Assembly: GCA_040386515.1 (NCBI GenBank)
Contig: JAZKFG010000005.1
Coordinates: forward strand, 9,313 to 73,312
DNA: 64,000 nucleotides
DNA from: Patescibacteria group bacterium
Lineage (GTDB): Bacteria; Patescibacteriota; Minisyncoccia; Phycocordibacterales; CAIZLB01
Direction: 5' to 3'
In this document: positions 29,518-40,351 of the stretch, in pieces
How the letters are laid out: each line of letters opens with the position of its first letter
Numbering within the stretch: position 1 is the first letter of the stretch
Program-made: the position numbers and the translations under genes
Notes under the pieces: model-generated
Database searches by the model: none
What the model was told of the DNA's origin: nothing
The model's input: the letters and a program-made list of their open reading frames with translations, nothing else

Positions 29518-29907
29518 ATGAAAAAAGTATTTAAGATACTAATATACATATTCCTTATTACCTTATTGTGGGTTATATTTCTAAATACTTTTGGCATTAG
29601 ATTATTCGCAATACATGATTCTTTATTAGAAAGCAAGATCATGACTCTTTTAGATACAGAACATATCAATCTTCCTGAGGGAGAATATAATACTAGGAAA
29701 ACCTACATTCATAAATTTAATGATGATGATTATATTATCTATCAATATTATACTGGTATTCCAGATGACTCTTCATCATCTCTCAAAAAAACAATTATTC
29801 TCGGAGTTAATAATGATGGGAGCTTTTATATAAAATCTGAAAAGAGTAAATCTAACTGCTCTCGAGGTAAAGTTTGGTTTGGTCCTCATGCAGGTTGGTG
29901 TAAATAA
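29518..29907 (+). CDS. Membrane-anchored hypothetical protein
   Basis: N-terminal TM, C-terminal CSRG...GWC; TGT-TATACT 6 nt upstream. Confidence 0.7.
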   Translation: MKKVFKILIYIFLITLLWVIFLNTFGIRLFAIHDSLLESKIMTLLDTEHINLPEGEYNTRKTYIHKFNDDDYIIYQYYTGIPDDSSSSLKKTIILGVNNDGSFYIKSEKSKSNCSRGKVWFGPHAGWCK

Positions 29908-29910
29908 TAT

Positions 29911-30381
29911 ATGAACAAATTTAAATACTCTATATACAAACTCACCCACCCTTTCTTCCGTCTCTATTGGAGAATCTTTAAACCTAAAACTTTTGGAACC
30001 AAAGCTTTACTTATATATAAAGACAGTATTCTTCTTACTAAGAATATTAATAGTTCACACTGGGGACTTCCTGGAGGAAAAATAGATAAAGGAGAAACTC
30101 CAGAACAATGTATTTGCAGAGAATTGCAAGAAGAGTTAACTTTATCTTGTTTAGTTCCAGAATTTAAACTTGGAACATTTACATCCAATAATGAAGGTAA
30201 AAGAGATACTGTATATGTATTTGCATTTCTCCTCCCTTCTCAAGATTTTACAAAGCAATGGGAATTACATGATGCAGAATGGTTTAGTATTACAGATTTA
30301 CCAAAAGACACAAGTCCAGCAACACTGAGGAGAATTAATGAGTTTAAAAACAATGAAAGAAATATAGTGAGTATTTGGTAG
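29911..30381 (+). CDS. NUDIX hydrolase
   Basis: WGLPGGKIDKGETPEQCICRELQEEL. Confidence 0.9.
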   Translation: MNKFKYSIYKLTHPFFRLYWRIFKPKTFGTKALLIYKDSILLTKNINSSHWGLPGGKIDKGETPEQCICRELQEELTLSCLVPEFKLGTFTSNNEGKRDTVYVFAFLLPSQDFTKQWELHDAEWFSITDLPKDTSPATLRRINEFKNNERNIVSIW

Positions 30382-30383
30382 AG

Positions 30384-33300
30384 TTACTCCCCATCAACAA
30401 CAGGAGCTGGAGTTTCAACCGGTGCAACAGGTTCAGGTGCAGGAGGAGTTACTTCTTCAGTGACTTCAGGTTCAGGAGTTGCACTTGATGAATCTGAAGG
30501 TGGAGGTACAACAGGTACTGTTGGTGCTGATGATGAATGTCCTCCTCCACCATTATTACCCTTTGCATTTAACATCATTTGCTTAAACTCTTGCTTTGTC
30601 ATACACACTTCCTCAACACAGAATTGTCCGTCGAGCTTGATTGAACTATTTTCAGGCACTGCCAGAGTTTTACCATCATCTTTAAACCATGCTGCAATCT
30701 GTTCAACTTTTGTCGCTAATTCTTTTACTGCATTTACAAGTGAAGCAAGAATAGGTCTGTCTGCAAGAGTTAAGAATCCTCGTGAATCAGTCGATACCGC
30801 TTCAGGAATTGCAGACTGAACATTCTGAGCACTAAATCCGGCATAACTATGTTCAGTGTCATATCCAGTTTCTATTTTCCATTTATACAAAATCGGATTA
30901 ATTTGCTTAATCTTATCAAGTCCAGAAATAAACATTCCTTGAATATCTTTTAGTCGTTCGTCAGATGATACGGTTACATTTCCAAGAGAATCAGTGATTA
31001 AGTTGGCACCCCCTGAACCAAGATTAATAAATCGAATTGTTCCAGATGCGGTCAATGTTGCTGATGGAGTACTTGTTCCAATACCCACATTTCCATTTGA
31101 AGTTATTCGCATTCGCTCAACATTATTCGAACCAAAGATAACATCAGTTGCATCAAGTGTTGCCATCATAATATTTCGTGAAGTTCCTGCCGTGTTAAAT
31201 ATTGCATCAACAGTATTTCTTGGAATTGATCCAAGGAAGTTTCCGGTGTAATTCACTCCTGCCTGGCTAAATGCAAAATAGTGATCAGATGTATCTTTGA
31301 TGAGGAATCTAAAGTCAGCTCCATTTCCTGTGCTTGTATTACCCATCTGAACCCCTGATGCACCGTTAAAGTTATCTGAAATATTTGCTGCAAACGTACT
31401 ATTACCTCCTATTGAAAGCGGAACAAAGGCAGCACTATTTGCGTTTACAGATAATTTGGCAAGCGGTGTTGTAGTTCCAATTCCAACATTTCCATTTGCC
31501 TGAACATTAAACAATGACGCATTAGATGCGCTCCAAATATCTATAATTGGGGCAGTTTGTGAAGTTGTTGCTTGTGCTGCAAATGTAGTACTGCCGATAT
31601 TAGTAGAAAATACATGCAACTTTGCTAAAGGTGATGTTGTTCCTATTCCGAAGTTTCCATTTGCATCCAGTGTCATTTTTGGAACAGTTCCTCCACCAGT
31701 TGTATCATTACTATAAAAAGTCAGAGCGTACGCAGATGACATTCTTAAGCCACGTGTGTTTCTCAAATCATAATCCATGTTAATACTTCCGTATTTTGTT
31801 CCTGTGTTTGTATTGCTAAATATCCAATCAAGACCGTAGCCCTGACCGGTCCCTCCTCCTCCAAGTGTAATACGTGTACTTCCTGTTTGATTACCTCCAA
31901 GATGTAATGCACTCATTGCAGAAGTGGTTCCAGTACTTATCCAACCATTTGAGGAATTAACAAACAATGCCGGCGCTGACGATGTTCCAACATTGAAACT
32001 ACCAGCAACATCAAGCTTTGCAGACGGTGACGAAGTTCCTATCCCAACATTTCCAGATGTTCCATCAATAACAAGCAACGGTGCTACTGTGTTTGTTATA
32101 AGAAACTTTCCAGCCCCTCCACTATTTGCAGAGCCGGTTGAAAGTATGTCAAAAGTTTTACCTCCAGTGTCTGTATTGACAAATTTCCAAACTGTACCAC
32201 CTGCTGCAGCAGAAGCCATTGTAAATAATGATCCAGGTGTTGTAGTTCCTATTCCGACATTTCCAGCAGATGTAATTCGAAGCCGTTCAGTTATGTTACC
32301 TGCATTTGGTCGAGTACTAAGAGCGATATATCCTCCATAATTTCCAGAAATTGAATCATCTCGTCCAGATCGAATCGCTGCATTAATTGCAACTGCCCCA
32401 GAGGTATTGTATTTTGCCCCGAATGAAAGCGTACCTCCATAATCTACAGTCGGTGACCCATCATTTGCAATAATGGCAACTTGACCCGAGCTAGTTCCAT
32501 TAACTAAAGTTTTATTCGGCGAAGCAAATACCGCTGTAAATGCTCGGTCAGAAGCACTACTTCCATCAAGTGTACCTGATTGAACACTCAATAAGCTGTT
32601 TGGAGAAGTTGTTCCAATTCCGACATTTCCAGCGTTAGTTATTTGAAATACAGACGTTCCATTTTTTGCAATTGAAACAAAATCAGCATTACCAGTGTTA
32701 TCAATTTTCAATGTTGGTGCAGCTGAGAAACCACTTTGTAGATGCATCAATGCAATACCAGGTTCATTTAATCGAACAAAAGATGTACCTGAAACATATA
32801 CATCTAATGCTGCTGCAGGCGTTGTTGTTCCAATTCCAACACTTCCAGCTAAGTAACCAACATTAGAACCATTAGTAATCCACTGACTACTCACCTTACT
32901 TGCCCACTCAGTTGTTGACGCACTAAGAGGAATTACATATCCTGAAGTGAGTGATAATATTCCAGTAGTAGATGAGTATGATAGTCCTGTTGCATCTGTT
33001 GAAAATGAATTCCGCACACTTGATGTACTAAATATTCCAGTGAGCTGCGAACCATCTCCAATAAATGCTGTGGCGTTCACATTTCCACTAAAGTAACCAT
33101 TACCAATTACTGAAAGTTTTTGCACTGGAGTTGTTGTGCCCATACCAACATTTCCATTATCCAAAATACTAAACAACGCAGTATTTGCAGAGTTGGTTGT
33201 CTGGAAGTTTATTCCCGTTGTTGTTCCAATCCCCTTTATTGCAAGACGTGAACTAGGAGTTGTCGTGCCTCCGATTCCGACATTGCCATTTAACAAAATA

Positions 33301-34583
33301 ATCATTTTTGCACTATCAGACGGACCGATAACGGTCGAGTTTGCAATTGCATTAGTTAATGATGTTCCAAAGGCAGAAGCATTGTTAGCAGTGACTGAAT
33401 TGGAAAATCCAAATGCCATACTATTTGATGAAGATGCGGCTATTACGTTATTGTATCCAAATGCATTACTCAAAGAACCTAAAGCGCTGTTATTATTTCC
33501 AAACGCCGACGTACGAAATCCATTTGCCGTATTGAGTGCACCCACTGCAGATGCATAATCCCCACCTGTTGCGAGGTTATTATTTCCGAAAGCACTTGCA
33601 TATTGTCCGACAAGACCAGCTGAGGTAGAACTACCTGCGACGTTTCCGGCACCGAATGCAGATGTCAAATGGCCGGCTGCCTTATTCTGCAATCCCATAG
33701 CACTATTTCCATACATCCAAGACAGAGAACCTGTTGCCACATTTGCCATACCTACTGAGATAGAATAATTACCTGCAATATTCCCATTTCCAATAGCGCC
33801 ACCTCCACCAGGAAATAGAGGGTCTACCATGTTATCAAGTCCGAATGTATATGAGTTTGAGGCTGCGGCAACCTGAGTTGGCAATGAGTGCGAAGACTGG
33901 ACATCTATTGACCCTGCACCTCGAGCATTACCACTTATGTCTCCCATTACGACAGCATTGTTTGAATTTATAACCTTAATATCACCCTGAACAGTTAGCG
34001 CTGAACCTGGCGTCGTTGTTCCAATTCCAACATTCCCTGTATTAAAATACGTATCACTGTCATTCATCAACCATGGTGATGTAGAAGCTGAACTAGCCGT
34101 AACATTCCAAGATGTTCCATCAGATACAAACAATGTATTTGAGACATTGTTAAAATACAAAGATCCAGCTGGACCTACTGTTGGCGCTGATGCATATGAA
34201 AATGCTCCAAAAGATTTTAATGCGGTTGGCGCAGCATTAAGTGCAGTTCGTGGAGATAAGTCAGTACCATTAATATTTACCTGAACATATAATGCTTGAT
34301 CAAAGTTAACACCAGTTGTGTCCGCTTCAGTAAAAGATGTTCCAAAATATCCGTTAGCAACAGTTATTGTTTTTGCAATTGGAGAACCTGTTACTACTCC
34401 TCCTGAGAGTGAATCGTAAAATGTAAATGTTGCGTTTACTGATGATGATACTGGCGCATTGTTACTGAAAAGTTGCCCTTGGAAACCGAGTGCTTTTGAT
34501 GGACTTGCAGCATATATATTTACAGCGAAAAAAAGCGTAGAAATTGCAGAAATGAGAATGGTAAATAAAGTTCTTCTCTTCAT
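30384..34583 (-). CDS. Secreted fibre/adhesin with YadA-head-like repeats and S74 chaperone (paralog B; start probably ATG 34583)
   Basis: Signal peptide, shared N-domain, SAFGxxNxAxG repeats, about 10 GNVGIGT repeats, SSDERLK. Confidence 0.88.
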   Translation of the reverse strand: MKRRTLFTILISAISTLFFAVNIYAASPSKALGFQGQLFSNNAPVSSSVNATFTFYDSLSGGVVTGSPIAKTITVANGYFGTSFTEADTTGVNFDQALYVQVNINGTDLSPRTALNAAPTALKSFGAFSYASAPTVGPAGSLYFNNVSNTLFVSDGTSWNVTASSASTSPWLMNDSDTYFNTGNVGIGTTTPGSALTVQGDIKVINSNNAVVMGDISGNARGAGSIDVQSSHSLPTQVAAASNSYTFGLDNMVDPLFPGGGGAIGNGNIAGNYSISVGMANVATGSLSWMYGNSAMGLQNKAAGHLTSAFGAGNVAGSSTSAGLVGQYASAFGNNNLATGGDYASAVGALNTANGFRTSAFGNNNSALGSLSNAFGYNNVIAASSSNSMAFGFSNSVTANNASAFGTSLTNAIANSTVIGPSDSAKMIILLNGNVGIGGTTTPSSRLAIKGIGTTTGINFQTTNSANTALFSILDNGNVGMGTTTPVQKLSVIGNGYFSGNVNATAFIGDGSQLTGIFSTSSVRNSFSTDATGLSYSSTTGILSLTSGYVIPLSASTTEWASKVSSQWITNGSNVGYLAGSVGIGTTTPAAALDVYVSGTSFVRLNEPGIALMHLQSGFSAAPTLKIDNTGNADFVSIAKNGTSVFQITNAGNVGIGTTSPNSLLSVQSGTLDGSSASDRAFTAVFASPNKTLVNGTSSGQVAIIANDGSPTVDYGGTLSFGAKYNTSGAVAINAAIRSGRDDSISGNYGGYIALSTRPNAGNITERLRITSAGNVGIGTTTPGSLFTMASAAAGGTVWKFVNTDTGGKTFDILSTGSANSGGAGKFLITNTVAPLLVIDGTSGNVGIGTSSPSAKLDVAGSFNVGTSSAPALFVNSSNGWISTGTTSAMSALHLGGNQTGSTRITLGGGGTGQGYGLDWIFSNTNTGTKYGSINMDYDLRNTRGLRMSSAYALTFYSNDTTGGGTVPKMTLDANGNFGIGTTSPLAKLHVFSTNIGSTTFAAQATTSQTAPIIDIWSASNASLFNVQANGNVGIGTTTPLAKLSVNANSAAFVPLSIGGNSTFAANISDNFNGASGVQMGNTSTGNGADFRFLIKDTSDHYFAFSQAGVNYTGNFLGSIPRNTVDAIFNTAGTSRNIMMATLDATDVIFGSNNVERMRITSNGNVGIGTSTPSATLTASGTIRFINLGSGGANLITDSLGNVTVSSDERLKDIQGMFISGLDKIKQINPILYKWKIETGYDTEHSYAGFSAQNVQSAIPEAVSTDSRGFLTLADRPILASLVNAVKELATKVEQIAAWFKDDGKTLAVPENSSIKLDGQFCVEEVCMTKQEFKQMMLNAKGNNGGGGHSSSAPTVPVVPPPSDSSSATPEPEVTEEVTPPAPEPVAPVETPAPVVDGE

Positions 34584-34640
34584 GATGCATACACGCAAGT
34601 GATGCTTATATTATATGCGTTTTTCGTAACTTTAACAAGA

Positions 34641-34669
34641 AAAAACTCCACAGAATTGTGAAGTTTTTT
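34641..34669 (-). terminator. Probable terminator
   Basis: AAAAACT..CACA/TGTG..AGTTTTT imperfect hairpin. Confidence 0.5.
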
Positions 34670-34695
34670 CGAGCAAATTTTTTACAATTTTTTAA

Positions 34696-35322
34696 CTAAT
34701 AATTTGACTGAAAAGTGGCCGGATATGTCACACTAACTTCCCCATTTGCAGATGTTGCAACTGCTCTAAAATAATATGTTCGATTTGACTCAAGCGGAAG
34801 CGAAACAACATTGTTTGCTGTAAGCAAACTTGTGCCCGTCATCACCCCTGTACCGCTCAAAGTAACGGTCATTGGAGTCACAAATACATTTTCTGTTCCC
34901 GTGATTGGAGAAGTACTGTAGAATACGCTTACTCGACTAGGAATATTTGTATTTACATTAAATGTAGCTGTATTTCCATTCAATGTTACTCCAACAGGAG
35001 TTGTAAACATTGGCGCTGAACCTAATGTAGTCCCGCCCATTTGTGAATTTATAACCGACATGGTCTGAGGACCAACTCTTCCTACTTGGCTAATGCCATT
35101 TTTAGCCTGAAATCTAGTTACCGCCGCTTTTGTAAGTGATCCAAAGTACCCTGTTACAAGTCCTGATGGATACACGCTGCTATCCGTTGCGAGAAATCTC
35201 TGCAAATCAGAGACATCTGTTCCTTGCGAACCTAACTCTAATTGTCTTGTCAGAGCTGCAAAAGTTAATGCAGGTGCCAAGGCAAACGCTAAACAAATTA
35301 ATACTATGTTGAATTTTTTCAT
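34696..35322 (-). CDS. Secreted peptidoglycan-binding domain protein with FN3-like domain
   Basis: LELGSQGTDVSDLQRFL...TGYFGSLTKAAVTRFQ...GRVGPQT; TYYFRAVA. Confidence 0.88.
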   Translation of the reverse strand: MKKFNIVLICLAFALAPALTFAALTRQLELGSQGTDVSDLQRFLATDSSVYPSGLVTGYFGSLTKAAVTRFQAKNGISQVGRVGPQTMSVINSQMGGTTLGSAPMFTTPVGVTLNGNTATFNVNTNIPSRVSVFYSTSPITGTENVFVTPMTVTLSGTGVMTGTSLLTANNVVSLPLESNRTYYFRAVATSANGEVSVTYPATFQSNY

Positions 35323-35511
35323 AAGTTTATTTTAATTGGAATTAACTGTCACTATGAATAATTATAAGTATTGAGCTTGTAGCATAACTCAAATATTGTT
35401 AAAGAATATTCTTGGGATGCACGACAAGAATGTTAATGCGCGGAAACTGCTACATAATTAATTATGTGCACGTTTGCTAACTCATGACAAGGACTTATGC
35501 ACCGAAAAAGA

Positions 35512-36540
35512 CTATGAAATCGTAATGTGTTTAATCTTCCGTATTACCTTATGATATATATCTTTTACAGCCATCAATTCGTGTTCATGTGTAAGCTTTT
35601 TGGGGAGCGCTGGTATTTTGCTTCGAAGCTTGGCACTTGTCGGACTTTCATGCTGAATAACATACATGAGTGCTTCAGTTAAAAACTTGGCCGACTGCAT
35701 AGGAACAAGCGGTGCCGCAACAAAGGGCTCAAATTCATATGCATCTCCTACTCGCGTCGCAATACACGGAACATGCATATACATTGCGGTCAATAACGTA
35801 TATAAATCACCTGAACTCGTTCGAGGGGAAATAAATATATCGAAGGCAGGAATATATTGTTCAGGATTTTCCACCTGATCAACAATAAAACAAATCCCCT
35901 GAACATGTGAATTTTCAATTTGCTTTTGCAAAGCAGAATCAACATGACCATCATGCAAAATAACAAAAATAGTATTAGTTAAGTTTTTATATTTATCGGC
36001 GAGATAGGCAGCATCAATCAAATGCTCGACCCCATTCCCTTCATCCTGTCGTATAACAGTTCCAACTATTCGAATATTTTTTGTAAATGCAATGCCAAGC
36101 TTTTTATATATAAAACTTCGGGCTGTGTCTTTTTTTAATATCTCAGTTGTAGGAATCAAATCAATGCCGCGATAAATAAGCGAACGCTTTGATTTTCCAG
36201 CAAGGTGATATTGATCAATATGATCCATATCGTATTTTGAAGTACAAATTGTATGACCATACAAATGTCGTGCACACAGTTGTTTTAAAATATACCAATA
36301 GGTAAACATTATCGGCGCATATAATGTGCGGACAACTTTGATTCTATGCAAAAAAGCAATTAGTGCATATATGCCAAAAGTTTCCTTACCTGTTGCGCGC
36401 ATATGAATAACATCAGGAGTTGTTTCTTTGAGCACATTCCAAAAACGCTTATAGTCAGAAAACCCTTTCTCTACAAGGTAAATATCCTGCTCTGGTATGT
36501 GAGGAGGAGTATATGAATGTATAAAGTGTAATACTCTCAC
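35512..36540 (-). CDS. Divergent GT4-family glycosyltransferase-like protein
   Basis: MRVLHFI, PDVIH, IYRGID, FDIFISP, AM...VPCIATRVG. Confidence 0.75.
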   Translation of the reverse strand: MRVLHFIHSYTPPHIPEQDIYLVEKGFSDYKRFWNVLKETTPDVIHMRATGKETFGIYALIAFLHRIKVVRTLYAPIMFTYWYILKQLCARHLYGHTICTSKYDMDHIDQYHLAGKSKRSLIYRGIDLIPTTEILKKDTARSFIYKKLGIAFTKNIRIVGTVIRQDEGNGVEHLIDAAYLADKYKNLTNTIFVILHDGHVDSALQKQIENSHVQGICFIVDQVENPEQYIPAFDIFISPRTSSGDLYTLLTAMYMHVPCIATRVGDAYEFEPFVAAPLVPMQSAKFLTEALMYVIQHESPTSAKLRSKIPALPKKLTHEHELMAVKDIYHKVIRKIKHITIS

Positions 36541-36578
36541 GCATGTATATTATACCGCGATATACAAAAGCATACTAA

Positions 36579-39449
36579 TTACTTAATCATGCTTAATGGA
36601 GACTTCACTTCTTCTTTTTTCTCTTCCTTTTTATATTTTTCCATAATACCTTCTTCAACCATATCTCGATCTTGACCGTATGTTAGATATGAAAGCTCTT
36701 TAAGATTTTCTACAATATTTGGATTGCCTTTTTCTTGCGGCATCATTTGTATGTTAAATGGCTTTGTCGGCTTTCCATATGAGAGCATTTTCACATAGGC
36801 ATTAAAGTTATCAATATTCATAATATCGTTCGCCATAAAAGTGGGCTCAAATTGCTTTTCAAGATATTCTGCATCCTCAGCACCAACTCGATAGACCACC
36901 ATATTTCCAACGTTACCAAACACAGATGCCTTGATTTTATCATCAAGCTGAGCAATGAACTGATGAGCCATTGTAAGCGACAATTTATACTTTCGTGCCT
37001 CTGACAAAATAGTTGAAATAGACGGTGTGGTTACGTTTTGGAACTCGTCGATATACAAATAAAACGGCGGCATATCTTTTCCGAATGAATCCACACGCGA
37101 AAGTGCGGCCATCAAAATCTTTCCTACAATAATCAAACCGATAAGGTTAGAGTTAATTTCACCCAACTTTCCTTTTGCCAAGTTCACCAGCAAAATCTTT
37201 TTCTTATCCATGATTTCTCGAAAATTAAAACTAGAATGTTCCTGAGCGATAATCGGTCGCATAATATCATTGGCCAAAAATACATCAAACTTTGATGTGA
37301 TATATGGCACCATGTTTGCAAGGCCAGATTCCCCGCTTGTCTTTTCTGCAATTTCAACCCAAAATTGCCGCACGATCGGATTTTTACATCGTGAGATTTT
37401 CATGTCTCGGAAGCTTTTAACGGCCATTACTCGAGAAACATCAAGGAGTGTACACCCGCTCGATGGATCTTCGATTACAAGCATTGTGGCATTTCTAAAA
37501 TACTGCTCAAACATCGGCCCCATACTTTCAGGCACGCCACCGTATAACTTTTGGAAAATACTAAAAAGCTCGTTTACCACGAATGTTTTTTGCTCAGGAT
37601 GCGATGGATCATATTCGAGCATGTTCAATGCCATTGGACGTTCTGTATAACTTGGATCAAAATAAATAACATCATCAAATCTATCCTTTGGGATTTTTGA
37701 AAGAATATCCTGAATGTCAGATCCGTGCGGGTCGATAAAACACACTCCTTCTCCATTTTTAATATCTTGAAGAATGAGATTTTTAAGAATACTTGATTTA
37801 CCCACACCAGTTTGTCCGATCACATACATGTGTCGAAGTCTGTCTTCTGGCGCCATGTAAACTGGCTGTTCAACATTTCTATGAAGATTCTTACCGAGAA
37901 GCACACCTGTGCGAGGAAGGTCGAGTGGGGCCGGAGCAGTTCCAGCTTTTGACTGCTTGAGCTGCGGCGCATTTGTAGCTCCAGAAAGCATTGGAAAATG
38001 CATCACACTCGAAAGCTCTTTTATAGAAAGCGGAATAATTTCTTTTTGATTAAAAATACGAAATGAAAAATCATGCAAAAAACTTTGTAGTCTAGCTTTC
38101 TCTGGTCGCTCCCACGAAAATCCATTTCCAAGCGCATTATTAAACTGATTAAAACTTGATTCAAGATCAGAAAGTATTTGCTCGGCACGAATCGTATTCG
38201 CAGCTGATGCAACAAGACGAATATTTGTTTCAACAATTGGCGTAGTTATTTTCTTGGTGATTTGCTCAAGGGCTATCTGGTCAACAACTTTTTCTTTATC
38301 TTTTTTATTTTTATCATCTCCATTGACTGCGTGCTCAACCAATTCTTTCCCAAGCTCTCCTGCAGCTTTAGTAAAATGTCCCCACATGGTGTGGCGAATA
38401 TCGATAGACTTTTTCAACGAATCACCCTTACGCACTTTATCAAGAGACTCTTTAAAAAGCTTTGTATAATAATCTCCGACCTGACTAAATACAACCTGCA
38501 CAGATGCCCCTTCTCCCTCTCTTTGAATCTTAGAGAGCGTATTGAGTGTTACCTGCAAAGGATCATGATCAAATTCATCATACATTTTTATAGGAAAAAT
38601 TTCATTCTTAGTTGAAGTTGCATATGAGCCAACGCTTGATCCATCAGAGTTAAAGATATTATAATCGTCATGTTTTATTTCTATTTTTGCACCTGGAAAT
38701 ACAGACAAAATATGCTTTTCAAAAAGATCCGCTTTTGCATCTGGAATAGAAACATAGAAAATAAATTCTTCACTTGCATCAGCCACTGCAAGCTCAATAG
38801 TCATATGATTTTTACTATCTCCCTGCTTTTTACCAGCATCAGAAATAGACATCATACCTGCATAAAATTGTTCCATTGCAGAAAGAAGTTCTTTCAATGG
38901 CCGTTGTCCTGCATCTTTTTTATCAGCTTTAAAATCAGGCAAAGACACTTCATACAATGTATGCGTGATTGATTTTTGTATTGGCTCGCCTTCTTTTAAA
39001 TCCTTAATTGTTAAACCCGCTTTCAAATATTCAACAAGAAATCTATGGAAATCATCTTCGAGATGAGGGTTTTTGGTTTGATGAATGGCAGACAAAGCAT
39101 TATGAATACCGTATTTTTCCATTAAGGTAAAATACTCTTCCATGTTTTTATCATGTGCTTCAGGCGAAAGCTTAAGAACTATTTCTGTACCTCGAGTCTC
39201 ATGCTCTTGAGGTGTAGCCTTATACGATTCATGCAAAAGATCACGGCCAGTATTGGCATGATATTCTTTTATTTCCTCGCGGATAATCTGATCCTGTTCT
39301 TTTTGTCCGCCAATAGTTGCTTCATGTGCTTTTACTTGCGCACGTAAATAATCCAACTCTTCTTCTAAGGTTGTAAAAGGTTTTTTTTCAGGCTCTGCAG
39401 AGAGATTAGGTTGGCCTGCAATATTTTCTATGTGTTCTCTATCGATCAT
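36579..39449 (-). CDS. VirB4/TraD/HerA-superfamily P-loop ATPase (CPR-type)
   Basis: DRLRHMYVIGQTGVGKS, IDPHG, LYIDEFQN, SEARKY, AHQ. Confidence 0.9.
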   Translation of the reverse strand: MIDREHIENIAGQPNLSAEPEKKPFTTLEEELDYLRAQVKAHEATIGGQKEQDQIIREEIKEYHANTGRDLLHESYKATPQEHETRGTEIVLKLSPEAHDKNMEEYFTLMEKYGIHNALSAIHQTKNPHLEDDFHRFLVEYLKAGLTIKDLKEGEPIQKSITHTLYEVSLPDFKADKKDAGQRPLKELLSAMEQFYAGMMSISDAGKKQGDSKNHMTIELAVADASEEFIFYVSIPDAKADLFEKHILSVFPGAKIEIKHDDYNIFNSDGSSVGSYATSTKNEIFPIKMYDEFDHDPLQVTLNTLSKIQREGEGASVQVVFSQVGDYYTKLFKESLDKVRKGDSLKKSIDIRHTMWGHFTKAAGELGKELVEHAVNGDDKNKKDKEKVVDQIALEQITKKITTPIVETNIRLVASAANTIRAEQILSDLESSFNQFNNALGNGFSWERPEKARLQSFLHDFSFRIFNQKEIIPLSIKELSSVMHFPMLSGATNAPQLKQSKAGTAPAPLDLPRTGVLLGKNLHRNVEQPVYMAPEDRLRHMYVIGQTGVGKSSILKNLILQDIKNGEGVCFIDPHGSDIQDILSKIPKDRFDDVIYFDPSYTERPMALNMLEYDPSHPEQKTFVVNELFSIFQKLYGGVPESMGPMFEQYFRNATMLVIEDPSSGCTLLDVSRVMAVKSFRDMKISRCKNPIVRQFWVEIAEKTSGESGLANMVPYITSKFDVFLANDIMRPIIAQEHSSFNFREIMDKKKILLVNLAKGKLGEINSNLIGLIIVGKILMAALSRVDSFGKDMPPFYLYIDEFQNVTTPSISTILSEARKYKLSLTMAHQFIAQLDDKIKASVFGNVGNMVVYRVGAEDAEYLEKQFEPTFMANDIMNIDNFNAYVKMLSYGKPTKPFNIQMMPQEKGNPNIVENLKELSYLTYGQDRDMVEEGIMEKYKKEEKKEEVKSPLSMIK

Positions 39450-39504
39450 ATATTGTTACGATTTCATATATAAGTATACCTATGTCGTCTCGATAAAGAA
39501 AGAA

Positions 39505-39545
39505 CAAAAAAAATAATCGCTCCGATATGTTGCGATTATTTTTCT
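39505..39545 (-). terminator. Terminator of the ribosomal-secY-adk-map unit
   Basis: AATAATCGC/GCGATTATT stem plus T tract overlapping the map stop. Confidence 0.65.
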
Positions 39546-40345
39546 TCTGTTAATATTTCACATCCGTTTTTGGTAACCACAATAGTATGTTCTACATGTA
39601 CACTCAATCCTTTATCCTGAGTCGCATATGTATATCCATCTTTAAGCAGTTTCATTCGAGGGCTTTTTTCAGTTAGAATAGGCTCAATAGCTAAAACCAT
39701 TCCTTCTCGAAGTATTGGGCCGCTTCCTTTTTTACCGAAGTTAGGCATAAACGGATCTTCATGCACACCATGTCCAATACCATGTCCACCAAGCTCATAT
39801 GGAAGTGAAAACTTATGTGTTTTATCATGCGATGCCAATACAGTCTTTTCTATAGCATGACCCACTGTACCAGTTCGCACTCCTGGCTTTACTGTGGCCA
39901 GAGCGGCCGCTAGAGCCTCTGTAGCCACTTGTATCATGCGAGAACCAACTGTATTGTAACTATCCCCACCCACAACAATTGTGACAGCACTGTCGGTAAA
40001 TAGCCCCTTATAGATCAATCCCATATCCAGGACGACAACGTCTCCGCTCTTTAATGTTTTAGGATTTTCATTTGGTATTCCGTGGACGATTTCTTCATTT
40101 ACAGAAATACAAATAGCTCCTGGAAATGGCCGAGTAGCACCTCCTGGCGTATAGTTTAAAAATGCAGGAACAGCTCCAACTTCTTCACAAAGTTTTCGAG
40201 CTTCTTTATCAAGTTCCAATGTTGTTACGCCAGCTACAGTTTTTGCTTTCAGCGTATTTAAAATTTGCGCCAAAAAACGCCCACCTTCTCGAAGTAGGTT
40301 GATTTCATTTTCCGTATAAATTGTAATTGGTGAATATGAAGACAT
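39536..40345 (-). CDS. map: Methionine aminopeptidase type I
   Basis: CISVNEEIVHGIP, GHGIG, HEDP, AIEP, EHTI. Confidence 0.96.
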   Translation of the reverse strand: MSSYSPITIYTENEINLLREGGRFLAQILNTLKAKTVAGVTTLELDKEARKLCEEVGAVPAFLNYTPGGATRPFPGAICISVNEEIVHGIPNENPKTLKSGDVVVLDMGLIYKGLFTDSAVTIVVGGDSYNTVGSRMIQVATEALAAALATVKPGVRTGTVGHAIEKTVLASHDKTHKFSLPYELGGHGIGHGVHEDPFMPNFGKKGSGPILREGMVLAIEPILTEKSPRMKLLKDGYTYATQDKGLSVHVEHTIVVTKNGCEILTEEK

Positions 40346-40351
40346 GATATA

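Noticed and set aside
30384-34583. Diversity-generating retroelement acting on the fibre genes
   Set aside because: No reverse transcriptase in the window, and paralog differences are mostly synonymous rather than adenine-specific TR/VR changes.
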